Source of the DNA: Candidatus Pampinifervens sinense
GTDB taxonomy: Bacteria; Aquificota; Aquificia; Aquificales; Aquificaceae
Assembly (NCBI GenBank): GCA_037927135.1
Contig: JAXSPP010000006.1
Location: 32,001 to 96,000 of the forward strand
Direction of reading: 5' to 3'
Length of the DNA stretch: 64,000 bases
Within the stretch, counting starts at the first letter, position 1; every line of letters begins with the position of its first letter. Positions 32,671 through 45,756 of the stretch are shown piece by piece. A program made the position numbers and the translations under genes. The notes under the pieces were generated by a model that saw only the letters and a program-made list of their open reading frames with translations, searched no databases and was not told where the DNA came from.

Positions 32671-33669
32671 ATGAAAGACTTTTGGTATTGGGCTCAAAAG
32701 TATGATAAAAAGCTTATAACCACGGCCTTAGAATCTGGTGCAAAGGTCATATGGCTTTCTGACCCTTCAAAGGTTCAAGAGGTCAAATCCCTTGGCAGGG
32801 TGATGGTGGCTTCCAAAGATGGTGGAGACCTCATTGAGGGAAGGGACTTTGTGTATGTGCTGATAGAAGGCAAAGAGGATGAAGAGAGGGCGGCCAAGTT
32901 CCCACCACAGGTAAAGGTTATTGTAGAAACTACAGACTGGACCATCATACCCCTTGAAAACCTAATAGCCCAAAGGGAAGAGATTTACGCAGTGGTAAAG
33001 AACGAAGAGGAGGCAAGGCTTGCCATAAAGGTGCTTGAAAAGGGTGTAAAGGGCATAGTACTAAAGACGGAGGATATGAACACCATAAAGAGGGTTGGCA
33101 AGGTGCTGGAAGAGGAAGAGGAAAGACTCCCTCTTGTGGTGGTAAAGATAACAAGGATTTTGCCTTTGGGCCTTGGAGACAGGGTTTGTGTAGATACTAC
33201 TTCTCTGCTTAACCGTGGAGAGGGTATGCTTGTGGGGAATTCATCCGGTGGTATGTTCCTTGTGCATGCCGAAACGGAAGAAAACCCCTATGTGGCCTCA
33301 AGGCCCTTCAGAGTTAATGCGGGTGCTGTGCATATGTACATAAGGGTGCCGGGAAATAGGACCAAATACTTGTGTGAACTCTCAGCTGGAGACCCTGTGA
33401 TGGTCTACGACTACAAGGGAAGGGGAAGGCTTGTTTATGTAGGAAGAGCAAAGGTGGAAAGAAGGCCCATGCTTTTGGTGGAAGGAAAGTATGAAAACAA
33501 AAAGGTAAGCGCCATACTGCAGAATGCGGAGACCATAAGGCTAACAAGGCCCGATGGAACCCCCATATCGGTGGCCGAATTAAAGGAAGGTGATGAGGTC
33601 TTGGGCTATATAGAAGAGGCAGGAAGACACTTTGGCATAAAGGTGGAAGAGACCATAACAGAAAAGTGA
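32671..33669 (+). CDS. 3-dehydroquinate synthase II (archaeal-type AroB')
   Basis: [36 protein letters not shown]. Confidence 0.92.
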   Translation: MKDFWYWAQKYDKKLITTALESGAKVIWLSDPSKVQEVKSLGRVMVASKDGGDLIEGRDFVYVLIEGKEDEERAAKFPPQVKVIVETTDWTIIPLENLIAQREEIYAVVKNEEEARLAIKVLEKGVKGIVLKTEDMNTIKRVGKVLEEEEERLPLVVVKITRILPLGLGDRVCVDTTSLLNRGEGMLVGNSSGGMFLVHAETEENPYVASRPFRVNAGAVHMYIRVPGNRTKYLCELSAGDPVMVYDYKGRGRLVYVGRAKVERRPMLLVEGKYENKKVSAILQNAETIRLTRPDGTPISVAELKEGDEVLGYIEEAGRHFGIKVEETITEK

Positions 33670-35063
33670 GGCTTGAAGAACTTTTAAAAGGGTGTAAGGG
33701 CATTAGCGCCAATTCAAAGGAGGTATATCCGGGCTACATCTTTGTAGCCATAAAGGGGACTCAGAAGGATGGCCATGATTTCGTAAAAGAAGCCCTTGAA
33801 AGGGGAGCCATGGCTGTACTTGTGGAGAGGGATGTGGGCATAGAGGACCCACGCATAATAAGGGTGGAAGACACAAAGAAGGCCCTTGGAGAGCTTTCCA
33901 GCCTCTTCTACGGTGAGCCATCAAAAGCTTTGAAGGTTATAGGTATAACGGGCACCAACGGGAAGACCACAAGCACACACATTGTAGAGTCCATATTAAA
34001 CACAGCGGGCATAAAAACAGGCCTCATAGGCACCATATACTACAGGCTCGGAGAAAAAATATATGAATACGAAGGAAGAACCACACCGGACCCAATAAAG
34101 TGGCACTCAACCCTGATGGAGATGAAAAAGGAAGGGGCAAAGGCTGTGGTCTGCGAGGTCTCTTCTCATGCCCTGGACCAAAAAAGGGTATGGGGAACGG
34201 TTTTTCACACGGTGGCCTTTACAAACCTAAGCCAAGACCACCTTGACTACCACCAGACCATGGAAAACTACTTTTTGGCAAAGGCAATGCTCTTTACCGA
34301 GTATGAATACCAGCATGCCATCATAAACGCCGACGACCCTTGGGGCAAAAGGCTCATAAGCATGGCAAAAAAGGTAAAAACCTACGGAAAGGAAGGGGAT
34401 TTGAAGATATTGGACTTTTCTACAGGCCTTGAAGGCTCAAGGCTGAAGGTAGAGCATGAAGGAAAGGAATACACCTTTTATTCCAACTTAAGGGGAGACT
34501 TTCAAGCCTACAACCTTTCCCTTGGCATACTTTTGGGCTTTCTTTGGGACCTTTCTCCAGAGGTTATACAAGAGGGCATAAAAGAGGTGCATGTGCCAGG
34601 AAGGTTTGAAACCTACAATGGCAAGGGCTTTATGGTGGTTGTAGATTACGCCCACACGCCTGATGCGTTAGAAAAAGTGCTAAAAACGGCCAAGGCTTTG
34701 ACAAAAAACAGGCTCATTGTTGTCTTTGGCGCGGGTGGAAACAGGGACAGGACAAAAAGGCCCCTTATGGGAAAGGTAGCAGAAATGCTGGCAGACCTTG
34801 TAATTCTCACTTCCGACAACCCAAGGTTTGAAGAGCCTATGGCCATTATTGAAGACATCTTGGCAGGTATAGAAGAAAGAAGCAAGGTAATTGTGGAAGA
34901 GGATAGAAAAAAAGCCATAGAGCTTGCCATAGGCTTGGCAAGGGAGGGTGATGTGGTTGTAGTGGCCGGAAAAGGACATGAAGATTATCAGGAGATAAAA
35001 GGTGTAAAATATCCTTTTAAAGATTCTCAAGTGGTCAAGGAGGCCCTCGGTGTGCGACTTTGA
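33666..35063 (+). CDS. murE: UDP-MurNAc-dipeptide:meso-DAP ligase
   Basis: GTNGKTT, EVSSH, DYAHTPD, SDNPR, AGKGHE. Confidence 0.96.
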   Translation: MRLEELLKGCKGISANSKEVYPGYIFVAIKGTQKDGHDFVKEALERGAMAVLVERDVGIEDPRIIRVEDTKKALGELSSLFYGEPSKALKVIGITGTNGKTTSTHIVESILNTAGIKTGLIGTIYYRLGEKIYEYEGRTTPDPIKWHSTLMEMKKEGAKAVVCEVSSHALDQKRVWGTVFHTVAFTNLSQDHLDYHQTMENYFLAKAMLFTEYEYQHAIINADDPWGKRLISMAKKVKTYGKEGDLKILDFSTGLEGSRLKVEHEGKEYTFYSNLRGDFQAYNLSLGILLGFLWDLSPEVIQEGIKEVHVPGRFETYNGKGFMVVVDYAHTPDALEKVLKTAKALTKNRLIVVFGAGGNRDRTKRPLMGKVAEMLADLVILTSDNPRFEEPMAIIEDILAGIEERSKVIVEEDRKKAIELAIGLAREGDVVVVAGKGHEDYQEIKGVKYPFKDSQVVKEALGVRL

Positions 35064-35310
35064 AAGTCTACATTACACGCTAAAGGATGAGCTTTTGAAC
35101 CTTTATAAAGAGGCGGACACACCAAGGCCAAGGGTCAAGATAACAAGCCTAAAAAGCGGTAAGCTCTGCGGCCTTGCCAACCTTGCCAAAATAATCCTTT
35201 ACTTTGAAAGGGAAGGCTATGTGGTGGTGTTGAACAAGGATGATAATTATACCGAGTGGGAGATACAGATAGAGCCTGGCATACTTGACCTGCTTTTTGG
35301 GTATGGGTGA
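35050..35310 (+). CDS. Hypothetical protein
   Basis: 86-aa ORF coupled to murE, GGAGG SD, host-like codon usage. Confidence 0.65.
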   Translation: MCDFESLHYTLKDELLNLYKEADTPRPRVKITSLKSGKLCGLANLAKIILYFEREGYVVVLNKDDNYTEWEIQIEPGILDLLFGYG

Positions 35311-35686
35311 GCTTGGACTAAAGAAACTTGGGAAGGAGGAAGCTAAAAAAGTAGCACAGGCCATTGAGATTGCCTTAGAAAGCATTGAAGATAAAGCTAA
35401 AGATGTGGCTCTACAGAAAAAGCTGGAGCTAAAAGATGAGCTTACAAAGGAACTGGCAACGAAAGCGGATTTACAACTTTTAAAGGTGGAGCTTGAGGCA
35501 AAGGTGGAAAGCATAAAAACAGAGCTTGAGGCAAGGATAGAAAAAGAGTCTTCAAAGTTGAGAGAGGAAATCCTCAAGCTTGACAGGAAGTTTACCATCA
35601 TGTTTTTAATACTTCTTTTTGCCATACTTTTACTAAACAAGGGTGCCTTAGAATTCTTAGCAAAGCTTTTTGGCCTTGTTAAGTGA
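35303..35686 (+). CDS. DUF1640/CCDC90-like coiled-coil protein with C-terminal TM anchor
   Basis: LATKAD neck motif, heptads, hydrophobic C-terminus. Confidence 0.75.
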   Translation: MGELGLKKLGKEEAKKVAQAIEIALESIEDKAKDVALQKKLELKDELTKELATKADLQLLKVELEAKVESIKTELEARIEKESSKLREEILKLDRKFTIMFLILLFAILLLNKGALEFLAKLFGLVK

Positions 35687-35710
35687 TAAAGGTGGGATAA
35701 AATTTTAACC

Positions 35711-36604
35711 ATGAAGCTTTTTATGATAGGGTTGGGGAGGATGGGGCTTGGTATGTCAAGAAGACTCTCCAAAAAGGGGCATGAGGTCTTTGGCTACGAT
35801 GTGAGCGTGGAGGCCAGGGAGAGGGCAAAGGAATACATAAGGGTTCTTGAAAGGCTTGAAGAGCTAAAGGAACAAGAGGAAAAGGTCCTCTGGCTTATGG
35901 TACCTCATGAGGTGGTAGATGAGGCCATAGACAGCCTCAGGCCTTACTTGAAGGAAGGGGACATAGTCATAGACGGTGGAAACAGCTACTATAGAGACTC
36001 TCAAAGGAGGGCAAAGGAGTTAAAAGGAATAGGTGTTTATTTTCTTGATGTTGGTGTAAGCGGTGGAGTGTATGGAGAGGAGCTTGGCTACTGTTTAATG
36101 GTTGGTGGTGAAAGAGAGGCCTTTGAAAAGGTTGAGCTTATCTTAAGGGACCTATCTTATGAAGGCGTGGGCTATGCCTACCTTGGGCCATGGGGTGCTG
36201 GCCACTTTGCCAAGATGGTTCATAACGGCATAGAGTATGCTATGATGCAGGCCATAGGAGAGGGCTTTGAGCTTTTAAAGGAGAGCGGTTTTAACTATGA
36301 CCTGAAAGAGGTGGCACGTATATACAACACGGGCAGTGTGATACGTAGCTGGCTTATGGAGCTAACTCAGAAGGTCTTTGAGGACTTTGGAGACCTTGAA
36401 GGTCTGGAGGCCTATGTAGAAGACACAGGGGAAGGCCGTTGGACGGTGGAAGAGGCTATCAAAAGGGCTGTGCCAGTGCCTACCATAGCGGAGGCCCTCT
36501 TTGCCCGCTTTAGGTCAAGACAGAAAAACTCCTTTAGAGACAGGCTTTTGGCGGGCTTAAGGTATGAGTTTGGAAGGCATCAAGTAAGAAGAAAAGATGG
36601 ATAA
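35711..36604 (+). CDS. gnd: 6-phosphogluconate dehydrogenase (short type)
   Basis: GLGRMG, DGGNS, VSGG, KMVHNGIEY, FGRH. Confidence 0.95.
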   Translation: MKLFMIGLGRMGLGMSRRLSKKGHEVFGYDVSVEARERAKEYIRVLERLEELKEQEEKVLWLMVPHEVVDEAIDSLRPYLKEGDIVIDGGNSYYRDSQRRAKELKGIGVYFLDVGVSGGVYGEELGYCLMVGGEREAFEKVELILRDLSYEGVGYAYLGPWGAGHFAKMVHNGIEYAMMQAIGEGFELLKESGFNYDLKEVARIYNTGSVIRSWLMELTQKVFEDFGDLEGLEAYVEDTGEGRWTVEEAIKRAVPVPTIAEALFARFRSRQKNSFRDRLLAGLRYEFGRHQVRRKDG

Positions 36605-37931
36605 AAGCTTTTCCCTTTTTATCCTGGGTGGCACGGGGGACCTGGCAAAGAAGAAGCTTTTCCCATCCCTTTCAAGACTATACTCTAAGGGCTACCTTAA
36701 GGGCCTTGATAAGGTCTATTCCTTGGCAAGGAGCAAAAGGGAAGACTGGGAGCAGATAGTTTGCCAGCTTGACAGAGGCCTTGGAAAGCTTTGCAACTTC
36801 ATACCTTTTGATGCAAAAGACTGGAACTCCTACCTTGAGCTTGGAAAGGTCATAAAAGAGCTAAAGGGTCAAGAGCTTATATTCTTTTTATCCCTTAGCC
36901 CTTACCTTTTTGAGGATGCCATAAGAAACTTAGGGAGGCTTTTGAGGGACTTTACCAATCCAAGGAAGATAGTCATAGAAAAGCCCTTTGGCTTTGACCT
37001 AAAATCTGCCCAAAGGCTAAACGACCTGCTTTACAGATACTTTATAGAGGATGAGATATACCGCATAGACCACTTTTTGGGGAAGGACACCATCCAAAAC
37101 ATCTTTTCCCTTAGGTTTTCCAACACCATCTTTGAGGGCATATGGAACAGAAACTTTATAGACCATGTGCAGATAGTGGCCCTTGAGAAGGTGGGTGTGG
37201 AAGGGAGGGGAGAGTTTTATGATAAGGTGGGTGCCATAAGGGACATGCTACAAAACCATATGCTTCAAATGCTTGCCTTTACGGCCATGGAGCCACCTGC
37301 CCTGATGGAAGAGAGGTTTATAAGGGATGAGAAGGTAAAGGTCTTAAAGAACACAAGGATAGAGAGGCTTATCAGGGGAAGGTATGAGGGCTACACTTTG
37401 GAGGTGGGCAACGAAAACTCCAAGAGGGAGACCTTTGTATGTGCTAAAGTGCTTGTGGAAAACTTCAGATGGCAAGGGGTTCCCTTTTACCTTATGACGG
37501 GAAAGGCCCTAAAGGAAAAGCTAACTCAGATTGTAATAGTCTTCAAGGAAATACCTCAAGGCCTCACCAGGCTTTTGGACTGCAAGCCTCAGCAGAATAA
37601 GATCATCTTTCAAATGGCTCCAGAGAGCAAGCTTATAATAGCCTTTGACCTTAGGCCACCTACTGGAAAGCTTCTGTCTTGCCCTGTGGAAAGCCTTATG
37701 GAGTATAAATTTCCCACCGAGTTTGAGGAGGCCTATGAGGTGCTTTTGCTTGATATAGTGGAGGGTGATAGGTCCCTCTTTATAAGGGGTGATGAGGTAG
37801 AGGCCCTATGGGAGATAGTTCAACCATACCTTGACCAAGAAGAAGATCCCTTTATCTATCCCAAAGGTGTAATGGTGCCTCAGCCTGCGGTGGAATTTCT
37901 GGAAAGAGAGGGAAGAAGATGGATCCTCTAA
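36597..37931 (+). CDS. zwf: Glucose-6-phosphate dehydrogenase
   Basis: GGTGDLA, EKPFG, YRIDHFLGK, RDMLQNH. Confidence 0.95.
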   Translation: MDKSFSLFILGGTGDLAKKKLFPSLSRLYSKGYLKGLDKVYSLARSKREDWEQIVCQLDRGLGKLCNFIPFDAKDWNSYLELGKVIKELKGQELIFFLSLSPYLFEDAIRNLGRLLRDFTNPRKIVIEKPFGFDLKSAQRLNDLLYRYFIEDEIYRIDHFLGKDTIQNIFSLRFSNTIFEGIWNRNFIDHVQIVALEKVGVEGRGEFYDKVGAIRDMLQNHMLQMLAFTAMEPPALMEERFIRDEKVKVLKNTRIERLIRGRYEGYTLEVGNENSKRETFVCAKVLVENFRWQGVPFYLMTGKALKEKLTQIVIVFKEIPQGLTRLLDCKPQQNKIIFQMAPESKLIIAFDLRPPTGKLLSCPVESLMEYKFPTEFEEAYEVLLLDIVEGDRSLFIRGDEVEALWEIVQPYLDQEEDPFIYPKGVMVPQPAVEFLEREGRRWIL

Positions 37932-37934
37932 CTC

Positions 37935-38249
37935 AGGGTGTTTCAAAAATAGCCTGTGCTTTCACGCAGACTACCGCCCCCGTCCCCTGCAACGGGAACT
38001 AGTGCCCTTCTCGGGTCTCCCCACAAGCCCTGAAAGAGTTTCCCTTTCAGGACAGAGAGGTCCCTAAGGATCCTCTCAAGGGAGAGTGCCGTCAGCACCA
38101 CTACCTTGAGAACTCGCCATGGATTAAATATCCTCCTTGGCTCACTCCAATGGATATGTAGGCTGGTCTCTTTGCCTTGATAGTTTGAGAATGTAAGCTT
38201 AACGCTTATGGTTATCATCTTTAGGTAAGGTGGATTTTTGACACACCCT
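37935..38249 (-). mobile_element. Miniature non-autonomous element with 16-bp terminal inverted repeats and a TnpB-like remnant
   Basis: AGGGTGTTTCAAAAAT (37935-37950) vs reverse complement of 38234-38249 AGGGTGTGTCAAAAAT, 15/16 match. Confidence 0.75.
37943..38218 (-). pseudogene. Internally deleted TnpB-related ORF (N- and C-terminal ends fused)
   Basis: MITISVKLTF N-terminus joined to WRVLKVVVLTALSLERILRDLSVLK..QGLWGDP, recalled as the tail of thermophile TnpB-related proteins; no RuvC. Confidence 0.65.
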
Positions 38250-38259
38250 CCCCTTTAAC

Positions 38260-38534
38260 TTGACAAAGTATACGGAAGGTTATATAATAGATTAAAGTCA
38301 TTGGTGGTTCGGGGTTCTAAAGCCCCGTGAAAGGTCTTGACAAATGAAAAATTGTGTGTATAATAAAATAATTGGTGTCAGTTGAGGGGCATAAGGTCCC
38401 TTGTCATCTTGAGAGATGAATAGAAAACCTCTTGACAAAGGTGATGGGTTGAGATATAATTAATAAATGTATTGAGGGTCTAAAGGGCCCTTGATAAAGC
38501 ACCACTTGACAAAAGAAAAGTTCTGAAGTATAAT
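38260..38534 (+). promoter_or_regulatory. Four tandem sigma70 rrn promoters
   Basis: TTGACA-N16/17-TATAAT at 38260-38288, 38337-38364, 38432-38460, 38506-38534. Confidence 0.85.
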
Positions 38535-38628
38535 AATAATCCTGTAAAGGCTGTGAAAAGGAAAGGGCTAGAAGGCCCTTGATATCTTGGCAACTGAATA
38601 AGGAGGAAGGGCTCCTATAACTGGGGTT

Positions 38629-40195
<1,567 letters not shown>

Positions 40196-40260
40196 TAACG
40201 GAGCAAACTCTGAAGAAAAACTTCAGGAGCCCTTCCTCCTTATTGAGTTGCCTTTCCTTT

Positions 40261-40334
40261 GGGCCTCTAGCTCAGTTGGTTAGAGCGTGCCCCTGATAAG
40301 GGCAAGGTCGGTGGTTCAAGTCCACCGAGGCCCA
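40261..40334 (+). tRNA. tRNA-Ile(GAT), CCA not encoded
   Basis: Cloverleaf, anticodon loop CTGATAA, GGTTCAAGTCC. Confidence 0.96.
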
Positions 40335-40353
40335 TTATCTGGGGCAGGTCCAA

Positions 40354-40425
40354 GGGGATGTAGCTCAGCGGGAGAGCGCCTGCTTTGCAAGCAGGAGGTC
40401 GTGGGTTCAACTCCCACCATCTCCA
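40354..40425 (+). tRNA. tRNA-Ala(TGC), CCA not encoded
   Basis: GGGGATG/CATCTCC acceptor stem with G3-U70, anticodon loop TTTGCAA. Confidence 0.96.
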
Positions 40426-40467
40426 TGTCATCTTTGGCAACTGAATAGGTTTTCCTTCCTTGTGGGT

Positions 40468-43427
<2,960 letters not shown>

Positions 43428-43474
43428 ACCCACAGGAAGGAAAACCTATTGAGTTGCCAAAGATGCCAAAGCTT

Positions 43475-43595
43475 CCCTCGGGACCATAGCGGAGGGGAAA
43501 CACCCGGTTTCCATTCCGAACCCGGCAGTTAAGCCCTCCAGCGCCGATGATACTGTGCCGGACGCACGGCACGGGAAAGTAGGTCGTCCCGGGGG
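43475..43595 (+). rRNA. rrf: 5S rRNA
   Basis: CCATTCCGAACCCGGCAGTTAAG, GATGATACT, GGAAAGTAGG, terminal stem. Confidence 0.96.
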
Positions 43596-43606
43596 TTTTT
43601 AATTAT

Positions 43607-44359
43607 TTATTCCAGCTTGTAGCTTACAGGAAGCCTTATTACCACATCCACCGGTGGTTTTGGAAAAAGATGCGCCACCCTTTTGACAGTTTCTAAGGCA
43701 TTCCTGTCCAAAAGTTCATAGCCTGAGCTCTTTTCTATCTTCACATCTTCTAAAGTGCCATCGCTTCTAAGATGTATATAGATTACTACCTTGCCCTCCC
43801 ATCCCATTTTGCGCGCCAAAGGAGGATAGCTGATATTCCTTTGAACAATTGAAGATATAACGGAAAGCTTCTCCTTTAAGAACATCTCTTGGGCATGCTC
43901 TTTGTTTAAACTTTCCTTTGACTCCCTTTTAACATCCCCTAAAGCTACAGCCTCTTCACCCTTCCCTTTGCTTCCAACAGCTTGATCGTGAGATTTTTGT
44001 GATGTATTTTGACCGATCATTTCCTCATTTTTTTGAGAAATAGGTTGACTTACCTCCTGTGTTTGCAAGGGTGGTAAAGAAGCTTCCTCTTTTATACTCT
44101 TGATTATGTGAGGTTGATCACTTTCCCGCCTTACAGGCACAGCTTCATAGCTCTTGATGTTTTTCTCTTGTTTTATTGCCTTTTCTTTCTCCAATAGCTT
44201 TTCCACCTTAAAGGAGTCAAGGCTTAGGTCTATTTCTATGGCCTCCTTTCTTTCCATAGGTCTGTTTGTTAAAAATAAAAGGAAAAGCAAAAGGAAAGCA
44301 TGAAGAAGAAAGGAAAGACCAAAGGCCTTTAGCTTTATATCAATGCGCTCCATGGCCAT
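43607..44359 (-). CDS. tonB: Energy transducer TonB
   Basis: SFLLH TM motif, YPPLARKMGWEG, SSGYELLD. Confidence 0.9.
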   Translation of the reverse strand: MAMERIDIKLKAFGLSFLLHAFLLLFLLFLTNRPMERKEAIEIDLSLDSFKVEKLLEKEKAIKQEKNIKSYEAVPVRRESDQPHIIKSIKEEASLPPLQTQEVSQPISQKNEEMIGQNTSQKSHDQAVGSKGKGEEAVALGDVKRESKESLNKEHAQEMFLKEKLSVISSIVQRNISYPPLARKMGWEGKVVIYIHLRSDGTLEDVKIEKSSGYELLDRNALETVKRVAHLFPKPPVDVVIRLPVSYKLE

Positions 44360-45746
44360 AAGCCGGGAAGAGAAGGACGGCTATTATCGTAAAAAGGGAA
44401 AGGAGGAGATAAAAAACGGGAAGGGCTGAGGCTGTTATAAAGATATAAACTCTCCTTTCCCTTGTTAAAAGACACACTCTTTTCCACAGTATATGAAGGC
44501 TCCAAAAACCAGCTATAAAGGGGAAGATTTTAAAGATATGTAGCCAAGGCTCTCCCCTTTTTGCCAAAGGCTCTGCACTTATATCCAGTCCGAAGGTCTG
44601 AGAGAAACCGTTCACAATATTATGATAGTACTCTATAAAGAAGAACTCAAGCACATGGGAAAGACCACCTACTATCATAAGAGGGGCAAAGGCATAGCCA
44701 AGAGTGGTAAAAACTTGCCAAAAGTCTTTGCTTAAAGCCTTTGCCACCAATTTAAAGCTAACATAAACTGTAAAAAGCACCAGGATCAAAGACATAAGCA
44801 TGGCTATAAGGCCTGTCATATCCACAAACTTTGGAAGGCCTAAAGCCTTTTGAACATACCCTCCTACAGCTACCCAAGGCATATACTCGCTTAGGCTACT
44901 GCGCGAAAGGCCATGGTGGAACCTCATGGTAAAGGTTATTACCGCAACAAGAAGAACATAGACCATAACCTCTATAACTTTTGGGTTCTTTATACTTTCA
45001 TAAAGGGAATAGCCCCACCTTCTAAGATCAAACCTTACCGCTTGACAGACATTAGCACACTCCATACAAAGGGTGCAACCAAACATGCTCTTTCTTTCTT
45101 CAAACTTGGAAGGGTTTAGCTCATAAGGACAGGCAAGGGCGCATACTGGCTTTTTACAGCCTTTGCACTCCTCTTGGTATGTAGAAAGCCATGTAAAGGA
45201 AGTCCTTGAAAAGGCTGTATTTACAGAACCTATAGGGCATATGTATTTACAGTAGGCCATGCCTCTAAAAAGGAAGAAGAAAAGTATGGAAAGGAGGGTA
45301 AAGAAGAGGAAGAAGCTTGCGGTGGCAATGGGGTGTCTGAGAAGGCCCGGAAAGGTGTATAAGACAAACCAGTAGGCTATTATGTTGGAACCTATGAGAC
45401 CTATGTAAGGGTTGGCAAGCCATTTGGGCGGCCTAAGCCTTAAGCCAAATCTGGTTATATGCCTCCCTAAGAACCCATGGGGGCAGACCATGCAGAAGAC
45501 ATTTCCAAGGGTGGGAAGGCTTATAACCATAAAGAAGGGCCAGAAGATGGACCAAAAGACTGCCCTGGTGAAGATGTTATCCTTGGTGGGGTTTATAAAG
45601 CCGTAGGCTATAGCATAAAAAAGGAGAAAAAGGGTAAGGAGTCTGTAGAAGGTTAGCATATATCTGTTTTTGAAAAGAAAGGAAAGGATGGGCATACCAA
45701 AGATGTCTGTGCTTGCCCTTTTTTTGACAAGTGTAAACACCCTCAT
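44340..45746 (-). CDS. Polytopic membrane 4Fe-4S protein (NapH/YccM-like)
   Basis: CMVCP, CKYICP, CKGCKKPVCALACP, CTLCMECANVC, many TM helices. Confidence 0.8.
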   Translation of the reverse strand: MRVFTLVKKRASTDIFGMPILSFLFKNRYMLTFYRLLTLFLLFYAIAYGFINPTKDNIFTRAVFWSIFWPFFMVISLPTLGNVFCMVCPHGFLGRHITRFGLRLRPPKWLANPYIGLIGSNIIAYWFVLYTFPGLLRHPIATASFFLFFTLLSILFFFLFRGMAYCKYICPIGSVNTAFSRTSFTWLSTYQEECKGCKKPVCALACPYELNPSKFEERKSMFGCTLCMECANVCQAVRFDLRRWGYSLYESIKNPKVIEVMVYVLLVAVITFTMRFHHGLSRSSLSEYMPWVAVGGYVQKALGLPKFVDMTGLIAMLMSLILVLFTVYVSFKLVAKALSKDFWQVFTTLGYAFAPLMIVGGLSHVLEFFFIEYYHNIVNGFSQTFGLDISAEPLAKRGEPWLHIFKIFPFIAGFWSLHILWKRVCLLTRERRVYIFITASALPVFYLLLSLFTIIAVLLFPAYGHGAH

Positions 45747-45756
45747 GGCTCACCTC

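Noticed and set aside
35149-35772. 207-aa antisense ORF and similar long antisense ORFs over purL, recA, pilY1 and gltB
   Set aside because: Codon-bias shadows of well-supported opposite-strand genes
40261-40425. tRNAs without encoded CCA
   Set aside because: Common; Aquificae add CCA post-transcriptionally
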